Below the pieces are notes generated by a model. That model made no database searches. It was not told where the DNA came from and saw only the letters and a list, made by a program, of their open reading frames with translations. From Anaeramoeba ignava BMAN (taxonomy: Eukaryota > Protista > Anaeramoebae), in assembly GCA_028826165.1 (NCBI GenBank), contig JAPDFW010000063.1, positions 372,001 to 436,000 of the forward strand: a stretch of 64,000 nt of DNA, in the 5' to 3' direction. A program made the position numbers and the translations under genes. Position 1 is the stretch's first letter. Every line of letters begins with the position of its first letter. Below are positions 51,401 to 64,000 of the stretch, piece by piece.

Positions 51401-54400
51401 TAACCACATAAAATATTGAAGTAAATTTTTCATTAAATATTGGAAATTTGAAAAAGTTCTAAAACTTATAAATTTGGTTTGTAAATTGTTTTCAAATTGA
51501 TTTAATAATAAATTGAAATATTCTTTTGAATTTGGTTCTTGATTTAAATTATTGACAATTTCTGTTAGTTCATTTGTATTTTTATATTCTCTTAAATGAT
51601 TTTGATTTGATTGAATTAAATTGGCAATTTTTTTTAATTCTGGATTTTCTTCTTTTTCAATTTGAAAATTTAATATTGGATAAGAAGAAAAGGAAAAATT
51701 ATCAGAGTTCATTTTACATTCTTTTTCTTTAAAATATTTTAATGGAGGAAAATTATTTAAACCATTTTCTGAACTTGATTTAATATAACTTGGAATTTCA
51801 AAAACAATTTTAAAAGAATCATCAAAAATCCAAATTAAATTATTTTCTAATTTTCTTTCATCTTCAAATGAATTCCACATTGATAATTCCCAAAGAAAAT
51901 CCAAAGTTTCTAAAATAGGAGAGAAAGTTAAATCAATATGAAGAAATTTAATTTTGTTTTGGAAATTAATTGAATTTTTGTTTAAAATTTGATTAATTTC
52001 TTGAATAATTTCTGATTTTGTTCCTTTTGAAATTTTGATATATAAATAAATTGATTTGTTTTCTTGATCTTGATTATATTTTTCATAAAAATATTTACGA
52101 ATTTGATAAGTTTTTCCCATTCCTGGAATTTTAGAAGTAAATAATTTAATTCTCTTATAATTTTTGAAATGGTTTTTGAAAATTGATTTTAAATCTTCTT
52201 CTGGTATTGATTCAATTTTTTCTGAAATCAAAAAATTAGGGAAATGAGAAACAATATTTGGAATTTGATAATTATCTTTTTGATAAAAGAAAATGATTAA
52301 TGGGAAATGAGTTTCAAAAGAAATTTGTTGAATTTTCTGAATTAAAAAATTTGAACAAAGTTGAGATAATTTTTGAACATGTAAAATAGAAAATAAATGT
52401 TTTTCGTGATTAATCTTTGATTTGTCTTGATTATAAAATTTATAAATATTGAAGAAATTTTCAATATCAGATTGATTTGTATTTTTTGAATTACAAATCA
52501 TAACATTTTCTTTTAATGGTAAATGATTACAATATCCAAAATATAAACTTGTTAATATTTCATAAACTTGAATTTTTTTATCAATTTTGTAAAAGAAAAT
52601 TTTTGAATTTTGAACTGATTTTTCATTTTTGAATAAATGATTAAATTTCTTTGTTATTTTTTTTGGAATTTCCTTTTTTTTAAATTGTATTAATCTTTGT
52701 TGAATTGAATTTTTAAATGAAATTAAATTGCTTAATTCTTCAATAAAATTTTTTAAATTAATTGAAGGATCAAATTCAGGAATAATATTAATTCTAAATT
52801 CTATTAAATCTTCCTGAGTTAAATTTGGATTAAATAAACGAAGAAGAAGAAATAAATTATGGTTATTTTGAAGAGATGTTGAAAAACAGAGATTCATAAT
52901 TTCAAAAAGTTGTTCTTGAAAAAAAAGAGAATAAACGAAATGATTTTGTTTGATTAAATCTTTTTCTTTTTTCCAATTTAATAATTTTTGAGAAAGTTCT
53001 TTTTCGTTTTTGATCAATTCATTTTTAAATTTATCTGATTCATTTATTGAAGAATATTCAATAACTTTTTCATATTTATTATTTGATTCAATAATATAAA
53101 GTTTCTTTAATTCAACACAAGTTTTGAACATTTTCTTGATTATTGGAAAAATTTTTTGGAATGAATTCAAATATTTTTGTATTGGATCATTTTCTGAGAA
53201 AAGTTCATTTTGTTTTATATTTTGAGAAATGATTTTAATTTGAAGGAAATTATCAAAATTGAATGTTTTATAAGTATTCTCCTTATTTTGACAAGAGAAT
53301 ATTAATTCATTTTTTGGTAAATAATTAAATTTAAAGAGCATATTTTTTTTTCCAAAAATTTCAGATAAATTATTTAATATTTTCTTTTTAAAATTTGAAT
53401 TATCTTTTGGAAAAAAATTAATTAATTCTTGAGTATCATTTTCACTAAATTGCCAAGGTTTTTGATTTTCTTCAGATTTTTGATAATTTGAATCAAATTT
53501 TGGAAAGATTCAAAACTTTCTTGAATTAAAATGTATTCTTTCATTCTTTTTCTTAAATTTTTGATTATATTTTTCATTTTTTTAAAATGAATAGATTTTT
53601 CGATGAACTTATCGAACTTTTTTTCATTTTGAAATTTTTTGGAAAGAGAAATAATATTTGGGATTAAATTTAGAATATTTTGTTGAGAAAAGAAAATATT
53701 AGAAGGAATTTCGTTCAATTCTTTTTAATATTCCGTTTAATTTAGATAAATCTTGTAATTTTTGATTTTTGCCAAGATTCTTGGAAAAATTTTGTATAAT
53801 CTTCATTTTGAAATTTAAAATATGAAAAAAATTGATATTTCCATTTTGGAATTTTTTTGAAGTTTTTGTTATATTCATGGAAATTTTGGATTTGATTTGA
53901 TAACTGTAGAATATTATTCTCTGATTTTTCATTTTGAGATTCTTCTAAAAATATTTTTAATTCATTATTTATCCAATCTATTCCTTTTTCTAAAGGGAAA
54001 AATTTATCAAGTTGACTTAATTTAATTTTTTGATCTGTAATTTCAAATAAAATTTCATTTCTTTTGTTTATCATTTCTTTTAATATTTTATGAAAATTAT
54101 TCATTGATAATTTTTTTTGTTGTTTTAATTTTGATTTTGATTTTGATTTTGATTTTGATTTTGATTTTGATTTTGATTTTGATTTTGATTTTAATTTTGG
54201 AATCCAAATATAATTAATAAAGATTTCACTTTTTTGAAATTTCAAAATTTTTTGGAATAAATCAAAATCAATTTCTAATTCCTTAATTGATAATTTGAGA
54301 TCTTTGATGTTTTTTGAATTAAAATTTGCTAAAACTTTGGGAATTTTTGGATAATTTTCGAAATGATTCCAAACTATATTTTTGTTTAGTTTTGATAAAA

Positions 54401-56303
54401 CAGTTTTTCTTTGAAATAATTCTTGATAAAGTTGTTCAATTTTTTGAAATGAAAATTTTGAATATAAATCCCAAATATTTGAAAAGAAATATTTTTGTTT
54501 AAATGTTTCTTCTAATATTGAAAAATCTATTTCAATTTTATCTATTTTTTGAATTGAATATTGAATTTCTTTATCATATTTTTGAATTTTTTGGAAAAAT
54601 TCAAATTCAATTTCATTTTCCTTTTCAATTCCCTTTTCCTGGAAATTTTTAAATAACGTTAATAATGAAATCCATGAATCTTGATTTTCTTGAGAAATAT
54701 TTTTTAAAAATAAAATGAAAGTTTGTTTTTCATTAGGAAAATTATCTCCAATAAGTGATTCCCAATATAAAATATGTATTCGTAAAGGAATTTCTTTTTC
54801 TTTTTCTTTTTCTTTTAAAATTAATTTATATTTTTCTTGAATAAAATCTTTGATATATTTAGATAAGAATGTTTCAAAACTTAATAAATTATTTAATATT
54901 TTTGGATCGTTGATTATATTTAAACATTCAATAGGAGTTGCATTAACAGGAAAATTATTTCTTTGAATATTTTCAATAATTAATAATTCAAGAGAAGAGA
55001 TATATTCATTTATTTTTATTATTTGGATTTGGTTTTGAATTTGATTTGAATTTTCTTTTAGAATTTCGAGTATTTTTTTTGTTCTTCGATAAATTTTATC
55101 AAAAGTATCAAAATATTCAAGTAAATTTTGAAATTTCATTTTTCCAATAATGAAAAAAGCTAATGAAAAATCTTTTATAATCAAATATTCCAGTAAATTA
55201 TCTTTTTTTTCTTTTAAAAAATCTTTTATAATCTTAACAAGAATATCTTCAAATTTTGGAAAAAATATAGGATCAAGTAATCTTGATAAAAATAAGAAAA
55301 TATTCGTTTCAGAATCTAAATATTGTTGAATCAAAATATTTATATCTTTTTTAAGTTTTTTTGTATCATAATTTTGTGAAATTGTTTTCCAATCTTTTTC
55401 TTCAAATAATGTAATAAATAAAGGAAGAAAGAACAGAATATTATTTGAATTTGATTCTTTGAAAAAGTTAAACAATTTGTAAAAATTTATTTTAACTTTA
55501 CTAATCTCTTGAGTATTATAATTAGAAATTTCTTCAACTATTTGAGATAATTCTTTCATTTTTTGAGGAGATTTCTCTAAAAAATTGAATATATATTGAG
55601 TAAAAGGATTGTGAAATTTTGATAATAGTAAATAACAAAATATAGTTTCTTTTGAGAAAGAATTCATAATATTTTCATCTTTTTCAAAAAATTTTTCATA
55701 AAGCATCTTCACAATTTCATTAATATTTAAATTGAGATTTTGCTTTTCACCTTTTATAAGAAACTGATTTTTCAATAAGGAATCAGTTCCTTTATAATAA
55801 TTAATAATTATTTGTTGTGTATTTAAAGAACTTTGCATTATTTCTTTGATAAAAAATGTTTGTAAAAGATCAACAATCATTTCTTGACTTATAGAAATAT
55901 TCTTTTTTGATTTTTGATAAATAATTCCAAAAAAGAATAATATATTTTGATTTTTTTCTTCTTTGCTTTTTTTCTTGGAATTTTCAATTTCAGTTTGAAT
56001 TTCTTCTTTATCAACTGTTAAAATAAATTGTCTTTTCAATTTGTTTTTTGCTAAAGTGATTTCAATTTTGATATTAAAAGAAATTTGAGAATCTTTTTTT
56101 GATTGTGAAGTATTTTCTTCTTGTAAATTAATTTGTGTTTGAAAAGAACCAAACCAAACATTATTAATTGAATTTGATTTATAAATATCATAATATTGAT
56201 TTTTGTATTTTAAAGACATTTTTATAGGTATTTCTATTTCTTTTTCTTTTGTATAATAAAGAAAAAATTTTATAAAATATTTTGTTTTGTTTGATAAATT
56301 CAT
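42477..56303 (-). CDS. RNF213/mysterin-like giant protein, copy 2 (~4500 aa, degenerate Walker motifs, degenerate RING/RZ-like region; several frameshifts; intron 49743-49809)
   Basis: Colinear with copy 1: PGMGKTYQI, FLTSENLFKM, FKENV..IPLFIIGNSG|TSK, FYGIYDYY, LNNLLNQNF, LLNHFEKH, FYFEKNWEYYYI. It extends further with CPICEE, CKKNH..CEFC, FRKMHPITFRIIRLFIH, KLKHLLFF and FDPVYPF. Confidence 0.75.
42830..43632. repeat. Coding 18-bp tandem repeat, (KDLNEM/KDLNKM)n, about 44 units, inside the C-terminus of RNF213-like copy 2
   Basis: Unit TTTCATTTCATTTAAATC; ORFs 43179-44144 and 42622-43182. Confidence 0.9.
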
Positions 56304-56412
56304 TTTTGTTATATTTTTTTAATAAAATAAATTTGAAAAAAAAAATGAAAAATGAAAAATGAAAAAAGGAAAAAAAATGAAAAACAAAAACAGGAAAAAA
56401 AATATATTTCTT

Positions 56413-57700
56413 TTTTAAAATTATAATTTAAAATTTAATTAAATGTTTAAATATATAATTAACTTTATTTATTTAATATATATTATTAATCAAAAATTGA
56501 AATTAATTTAATATAAAAATATAAATAAATTTAATAACTTTAATAAATTAATAAATTAATAAATTATTTTAAAATTATAATTTAAAATATAATTAAATGT
56601 TTAAATATATATTTTACTTTATTTATTTAATATATATTATTAATTAAAAATTGAAATTAATTTAATATAAAAATATAAATAAATTTAATAACTTTAATAA
56701 ATTAATAAATTAATAAATTATTTTAAAATTATAATTTAAAATATAATTAAATGTTTAAATATATATATTACTTTATTTATTTTAATATATATTATTAATC
56801 AAAAATTGAAATTAATTTAATATAAAAATATAAATAAATTTAATAACTTTAATAAATTAATTAATTAATAAATTATTTAAAATTATAATTTAAAATATAA
56901 TTAAATGTTTAAATATATATTTTACTTTATTTATTTAATATATATTATTAATCAAAAATTGAAATTAATTTAATATAAAAATATAAATAAATTTAATAAC
57001 TTTAATAAATTAATTAATTAATAAATTATTTTAAAATTATAATTTATAATATAATTAAATGTTTAAATACATATTTTACTTTATTTATTTAATATATATT
57101 ATTAATTAAAAATTGAAATTAATTTAATATAAAAATATAAATAAATTTAATAACTTTAATAAATTAATTAATTAATAAATTATTTTAAAATTATAATTTA
57201 TAATATAATTAAATGTTTAAATATTTTTATTTATTTATTTAATATATATTATTAATCAAAAATTGAAATTAATTTAATATAAAAATATAAATAAATTTAA
57301 TAACTTTAATAAATTAATTAATTAATAAATTATTTTAAAATTATAATTTAAAAATTTAATTAAATGTTTAAATATATATTTTTACTTTTATTTATTTAAT
57401 ATATATTATTAATCAAAAATTGAAATTAATTTAATATAAAAATATAAATAAATTTAATAACTTTAATAAATTAATTAATTAATAAATTATTTTAGAATTA
57501 TAATTAAAATATAATTAAATGTTTAGATATATATTTTACTTTATTTATTTAATATATATTATTAATCAAAAATTGAAATTAATTTAATATAAAAATATAA
57601 ATAAATTTAATAACTTTAATAAATTAATTAATTAATAAATTATTTTAGAATTATAATTAAAATATAATTAAATGTTTAGATATATATTTTAATTTATTTA
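56413..57700. repeat. ~154-bp AT-rich minisatellite, ~8 copies
   Basis: TTTTAAAATTATAATT..AAATGTTTA..AAAAATTGAAATT..AATAACTTTAATAAATT recurs at about 56413, 56567, 56721, 56876, 57029, 57183, 57333, 57491 and 57643. Confidence 0.9.
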
Positions 57701-57805
57701 GTTTAAAATAAATTAAATTTTTAATATATTTTTCTTTATTTAGAAAAAAATTCAAAAAATAAAAAATTTTTCATTTTATTTTTTTCATTTTTTTACTTTT
57801 CAAAA

Positions 57806-59590
57806 ATGAATGAAATCATATTTTTTGGAAGAAATGAAAAAAGAAAACTTATCAAAAATGAACCAGAAGAAATAATAAAACCAATTCAATTTAAATTTGA
57901 AAATGAAAATGAAAATGAAAATGAAAATCAAATTAAACAAATTTCATCAAGTTATTATTCAATAAGAACATTTGTAACAATTTTCCTTTTTGTAAATGGA
58001 AAAGCAATAGAATATTTACAAGAAAATGATTCAAATCAAAATCCTGAAAAATCCAAATTGAAGAAAATATTCAAAAAGTAACTGTTGGTTTTGGAAATGA
58101 AGCTATTTTAACAATAGAAGGAAATGTATTTGCAAAAGGATTAAATATTAATCCAAAAATCCAAATGAATTTATCAATATTTCATCATTAATTGAAGATC
58201 CAAATGATAGAGTAATTAAAGATATTGTTTCTGGATCAGGTCGAACTTACTTATTAACTTCAAATCAAAATGCTTACCAAATTGGAAAAATTGATAAAGA
58301 TCCAATTTTTTGGGGTTATCAAGAAATTCAACTAACAGATAAACCAATTTTAATGATGAAAAATGTTTCTAAAATATTTTCAGGAAATTCTTCAAATTAT
58401 GTTTTTCTTTTGAATTCAAATCAAGAATTATTTGGATTTGGGAGTAACACGAATGGAAGTCTTGCTATTGATGAAGAATCACTGTTTAGTGAAACCCAAA
58501 TGAAAAGATCAGTAAAAATCAAAAATATTCCAAAAGGCAAAATAATTGATATTAAATGTGGAAGTGTTCATTCAATAATGTTGATTGAAAATCAAAACCA
58601 AAATCCAAAAAGAAAACTTTATTCATGTGGAAATTATCAATTTAACGGACTTGGCAAAAATGGAAATACTTATGAATTTACTGAAATCAAATCATCTTTA
58701 TTTGAAAATGATGATAATATTCTTGATTTTTCTGTTGGAGTTAATCATACTTTGATTTTAACTTCTAATTCAAAATTAATAGGTTTCGGAAGCAATCATT
58801 ATGGTCAATTAGGAATTGGAAATACAAAAATCAACCAATTCCTATTCAAATTGAACTTCCTAAATTAAGATTTAATGAAGAAATTTCCAATTATCATCTT
58901 TCTTGTGGAGTTGATAACTCATTTATTTATTATTTTCCTCCAATTTCCAATATTGAAGAAGATTTGATAAAACTATTTCAAAGAAAAGAATTTTGTGATA
59001 TTTCATTTAAAACCAAAAATGGAGAAATAATTGAAGCTCATAAATTAATTTTAGAAACAATAATTGGACAAGATGAAAATCAAATTGAAAAACTTAAAGA
59101 AATTATTTCAACAAAATCAATTAAAGAATCAAATGAAATACTTGAAATGATTTATTCAAACAGAATAATAAATCCAAAATTATATGAAGAAATTGAAATT
59201 GAATTTAATTTATTTGGATCGATTGAAGAAACAATGAAAGAATTATTTGAATTTGAAAATGAAAAAGATTTTATTATTGAAAGAAAAGAGAAACAATATA
59301 AATTTCCTAAATTAATATTAATAATGAGAAGTGAATTATATCGAGGAATGTTTTTATCTGTAACAGAAGATAAATCAAATAAAGTTACAGATTATAGTGA
59401 ATTAAGTGATAAATCATTTCAAATATTTGAATATTGGATTTATTCAAATCAAATTAAAGAAGAAATTCAAATTACACAAGAAATAATTGATGAGATTCAA
59501 AAAGGAATTGATTATTTTCAATTAAATCAAACAAATCCAAATTTATTTGATTTATTAATTAAGAAATTTAATAATCAAAATAAAAATTAA
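57806..59590 (+). CDS. RCC1-BTB paralogue 5, more divergent (frameshifts near 58050, 58160 and 58830)
   Basis: ORFs 57806-58081, 58353-58868 and 58964-59590 are colinear with the other paralogues. Confidence 0.8.
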
Positions 59591-60295
59591 AATCAAAATT
59601 AAAATTAAAATTAAAATTAAAATTAAAATTAAAATTAAAATTAAAATTAAAATTAAAATCAAAATTAAAATCAAAATTAAAATTAAAATTAAAATTAAAA
59701 TTCATTTATAAAATTAAAATTAAAATTAAAATCAAAATTAAAATCAAAATTAAAATTAAAATCAAAATTAAAATTAAAAATTATAATTAAAATTAAAATT
59801 AAAATTCAAATTAAAATCAAAATTAAAATTAAAATCAAAATTAAAATTAAAATTAAAATTAAAATTAAAATTAAAATTAAAATTAAAATTAAAAATTAAA
59901 ATTAAAATTAATAATCAAAATTAAAATCAAAATTAAAATTAAAATTAAAATTAAAAATCAAAATTAAAATTAAAATTAAAATTAAAATTAAAATTAAAAT
60001 TAAAATCAAAATTAAAATTAAAATTAAAATTAAAATCAAAATTAAAATTAAAATTAAAATTAAAATTAAAATTAAAATTAAAATTAAAATTAAAATTAAA
60101 ATTAAAATCAAAATTAAAATTAAAATTAAAATTAAAATTAAAATTAAAATTAAAATTAAAATTAAAATTAAAATCAAAATTAAAATTAAAATTAAAATTA
60201 ATAATCAAAATTAAAATTAAAATTAAAATCAAAATTAAAATTAAAATTAAAATTAAAATTAAAATTAAAATCAAAATCAAAATTAAAATTAATTG
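59585..60295. repeat. (AAAATT/AAAATC)n microsatellite
   Basis: Direct inspection. Confidence 0.95.
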
Positions 60296-60558
60296 ATAGA
60301 AAAATTCCAAAAAAAAAAAATCAATAAATTGATCAAAAAATTTTTTGATTAATTTAATAAATAAGGGGGTTTAAAAATCTAATAAAAACAAAATCAAATC
60401 AACTTTAATTTTTATTTTTTTAATTTTTTAATTTTTTATTTTTTTAATTTGTTTTTTTGAAATTGGAAATTTGAAAATCGAAAAAAAAATAAAAAAAAAT
60501 TTTTTTCTAATTGTTAAAATCATTTTTTTTTCTTTCATCAAAATAATTTAAAAAAAAA

Positions 60559-63208
60559 ATGAGAAAAATTAGTTTCTATGCTTTTTTAATAATCCTTTTA
60601 GCCATCATTCATTTAACTCAACAACAAGTTGATTATCCGACACTTCCAATTTATCAATGGAATTTGATAAACACATTAGTTCCTCAAGGAACATCCTCTA
60701 ATTTTGGATGTCAAGTCGATATAACAGAAGAAGTTGCAGTTGTAGGAGATAATTATGGCAAAACAGCGACTATTTTTCGAAATAATGGATCAAGTTACAA
60801 TTTCGAAAAAATTTTGGCTCAGCCAACAATCACTAGTTTTGGATCAAGTGTCTCAACTTCCCAAAATGTCACAGTTGTTGGTGCTTTTCAAAGCAATCAA
60901 GTATTTGTTTATCGATATAACGGAAGTGAATGGAATATGGAGCAAAATTTTAGTTCTTCAAATAGTTCTTCTTATTTTGGACAAAGTGTCTATGTTGATG
61001 GAAACCTTCTTTTTATTGGCGATACCGGACTAAATCAAGTTTCTATTTATGAATTCAAGCAAGATATTTGGAGACTCAAAAAATTATTGGCTGATCCAAA
61101 TGCATCCAATTATGGAGGTCATATTTCTTATTCGGATAATTTCCTTGTTTTCAGTGAAACAGGAATTGAAGTATTTGTTTATGAATTCGGTGATTGTGAT
61201 TGGAATCTCAAGCAAAATTTAAGTAATTCTTCACTTTCTAATTTTGGATCAAGCACTTCCATTTCAGGAAACACAATTTTGGTTGGAGAAAATTTGCAGA
61301 ATTCAACAAGCATTTATCAATTCAACGGAACTTATTGGAATCTTCAACAAACATTGGATACGCAAATCGTCCAACTTGGATATTCTGTTTCCGTTTCAGA
61401 AAATTTCACTCTTCTTGGAACTCTTGATGGAAATCACGCTCTTGTGTATCTTTACAATGGAAGTCAATGGATTTCCTTCGCGGATTTGACTCAACCATCA
61501 TCCGTTTATTTTGGATCAAGTGTCGCTATTTCCCCACAAAGTAAATTTGCTATTATCAGTGATCCCCATACTCAGCAAGCCTTTGTCTATCAAATCACTG
61601 CTTCTCCTTCCAAAATACATTTGATTAATTGCTCCTCTTTGTTTTCCAAATTCCAGTGTTTCTGGCAAAAAATGGATTTCCCTTTGCCTCTTGATTATCA
61701 AATCAACTACGGTTTTGGATGGATTTCTATACAATCTCCCATTTCGAATGGAAATGTTTTTCTTCAGCAATTCGATCTTCTGAATTATCCAAATATCACA
61801 GGGAATTCCCATTATTCCATTCAGATTCGCGCTTGCGATAATTCAACATCAACCTGTGGAACTCCTTCTTCATCATTTGATCTAACAACCCGAATCGATT
61901 CAGTGAAAAATCTCTCTCTTGTTACTCCGCAAAACGATTCTGTTGTTGTTACTTGGAATCATCCCAATGTCGCAATGGATGGCGAAGTTCCTCATCTTGA
62001 TCATTATGTCATCTCTTATCAAAACCAAACAGGAAATCCAACTAACATTTCTGTTTCTAATTCTTCAACTTCTTTCAAATTTGCAAAATTTGGGTTGCCA
62101 AGAATCTTACAATATTTCAATGTGGGCTTGTCGAACTTCGCTTTGTGAAGGAGATGATCAAGGAGAAGTTGTTGGTTCCTTCTTTTCAACAGTTTATAAT
62201 CCAGTATCCAACTTTCAGTGCTCGGTTTCAACAGATTTGATTGTGAATTGCACTTGGAATCCTCCTTTTGATTGTTCATCTCCTTTTTCTTATAATTTCT
62301 CATATGAAGCTATTTCCCAAAATGATTCATCCAAAATGCATGTTTTTTCTCCCACAAAATCTTCCTTTTCCGTTAAATTCCAAGACGAACAATATTCCGT
62401 TCAAGTTTCTGCTTGTGATTCAAACAATGTATGTGGAGAAATTGCCAATTCTTCAATCACTTCCCCCAATTTAACAACACCAATCATTCTCCACTCAATC
62501 TCCCAAATTGAGTCGATCGAGCTCAACTTCACAAAACTTCCTCAATTTGTCAAGTATCTCATCTCCATTGATAATTCCTTCACTTGGGAAAATTTCACAA
62601 CATTAAATTCAACTGGAAATGAAATGATTGGAACAAAAAATGGTTTATCAGGAAATGTCGAGTACTTGGTTTCCATAAGAGGATGCTCAAACTTAAGCTG
62701 TGATCCCAAATCTTTGGGATTGATTAGTTCAACTATTTCCATCACACCCAAATTAGGAACTGTTCCTTCTTTTCAATGTGTTGCTTTGATTTCAGGTTTT
62801 CAATGTGATTGGGATTCCTTGAATTCATCCATTGGATTAAAAGCTTATGGTTTCATCTACAATTCCCAAACCATTTGCTTATCTACATCAACAACAAGTT
62901 TTTCCATTTCGAATCTCACTCAAGGAGAAACTTATCACATTTCCATTTTTGCTTCTGCTGATTCGAATTGCTCTTTTGATATGTATTCTGGAATTAATTC
63001 AACCACTTCAATCACAACTCTCAGTCATTCAACTCAAGCCAATACCAATTCTTCAAAAACAACTGCAATAGTTATTGGAATTGTTGTTCCTGTTGTTGTC
63101 ATTTCACTTTTGGTTCTTCTTTTTGTTTTTATCAAGAAAAAAAGAAATCAAAAAAAGAAACAAAATTCAGAATCTCAAGATAAAGAATTTCATGATTTGG
63201 ATATTTGA
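60559..63208 (+). CDS. Type I membrane protein: signal peptide, FG-GAP-like beta-propeller, ~5 fibronectin type III domains, TM helix, short tail (frameshift near 62080)
   Basis: Repeats NFGCQVDI, SFGSSVST..VVGA, YFGQSVYV, NFGSSTSI and YFGSSVAI. FN3-like YSIQIRAC, YNISMWAC, YSVQVSAC, YLVSIRGC and YHISIFAS. TM IVIGIVVPVVVISLLVLLFVFI followed by KKKR. Confidence 0.8.
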
Positions 63209-63259
63209 TTTTTTTTTCTTTTTAATAATAAAACCCAAATCCATTTAATTAATTTAATT

Positions 63260-64000
63260 TTAGAAATTAATTTAAAATAATAATTTAATGTTTTAGATTT
63301 AAATATTTTATTATCTAAATATTTAACATATAAATATAAAAAATAAGAATTGATTTAATTTAATATTTAATTTATAAATCAATTTAAAAATATAATTTAA
63401 TATTTAATTCTATTATTAAAATATTAATTTATTGTTTTAGATTTAAATATTTTATTATTTAAATATTTAACATATAAATATAAAAAAATAAGAATAGATT
63501 TAATTTAATATTTAATTTATAAAATTAATTTATAAATATAATCTAATATTTAATTTTATTATTAAAATAATAATTTAATGTTTTAGATTTAAATATTTTA
63601 TTATTTAAATATTTAAACATATAAATATAAAAAATGAAAATAGATTTAATTTAATATTTAATTTATAAATTAATTTAAAAATATAATTTAATATTTGATT
63701 TTATTATTAAAATAATAATTTATTGTTTTAGATTTAAATATTTTATTATTTAAATATTTAACATATAAATATAAAAATAAGAATAGATTTAATTTAATAT
63801 TTGATTTATGAAATTAATTTAAAAATATAATTTAATATTTAATTTTATTATTAAAATAATAATTTAATGTTTTATGATTTAAATATTTTATTATTTAAAA
63901 ATTGAAAATAATTTAATAAATAAATATAAAAATGAGAATAACTTTAATTTAATATTTAATTTATAAATTAATTTAAAAATATAATTTAATATTTAATTTT
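63260..64000. repeat. ~145-bp AT-rich minisatellite, ~5 copies, runs off the window end
   Basis: TGTTTTAGATTTAAATATTTTATTAT recurs at about 63290, 63435, 63580, 63725 and 63870. Confidence 0.9.

Noticed and set aside
56413-57700. CRISPR-like array
   Set aside because: These are head-to-tail repeats with no unique spacers and no cas genes, in a eukaryotic context.
3879-60310. ORFs consisting of ILIL, NFNF, CEFN or LNLSF runs (e.g. 3879, 14977, 20317, 39830, 40253, 42816, 59908)
   Set aside because: They are translations of microsatellites or of the antisense strand of coding repeats.
2630-62100. Numerous frameshifts as possible programmed frameshifting or RNA editing
   Set aside because: Most fall in or next to A/T homopolymers and at different positions in different paralogues, as expected for long-read indel errors or pseudogenisation.
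1320-63071. Short antisense or overlapping ORFs (e.g. 1320, 3168, 5081, 16850, 31312, 38991, 61516)
   Set aside because: They are shadow frames of real genes with no recognisable motifs, and recur only because the host genes are paralogous.

Overview
Very AT-rich, intron-containing eukaryotic (protist) DNA in the standard genetic code. The RCC1-BTB and ankyrin-BTB expansion, RNF213-like giants and (AAAATT)n tracts resemble an Anaeramoeba-like anaerobic amoeba; this is an inference, not verified. The window holds five RCC1-BTB paralogues (one decayed), an ankyrin-BTB gene, a BTB gene tail, two RNF213-like AAA+ giants, UBC12, GCN5, a Nup50/Nup2-like gene, GPR107/108, an HNH-nuclease gene, a STRA6-like membrane protein with a large Ig-like ectodomain, an FG-GAP/FN3 receptor-like gene and many satellites. 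Many ORF breaks sit in homopolymers and are probably sequencing indels. Top finding: the ankyrin-BTB gene (25165-27829) appears to have 18 short GT-AG introns and twelve 3-nt exons. These come in six pairs, and each pair encodes the two variable beta-hairpin residues of an ankyrin repeat. Second finding: a textbook U12-type AT-AC intron in GPR107/108 (19784-19863). All gene models were assembled by eye and need RNA-seq confirmation.
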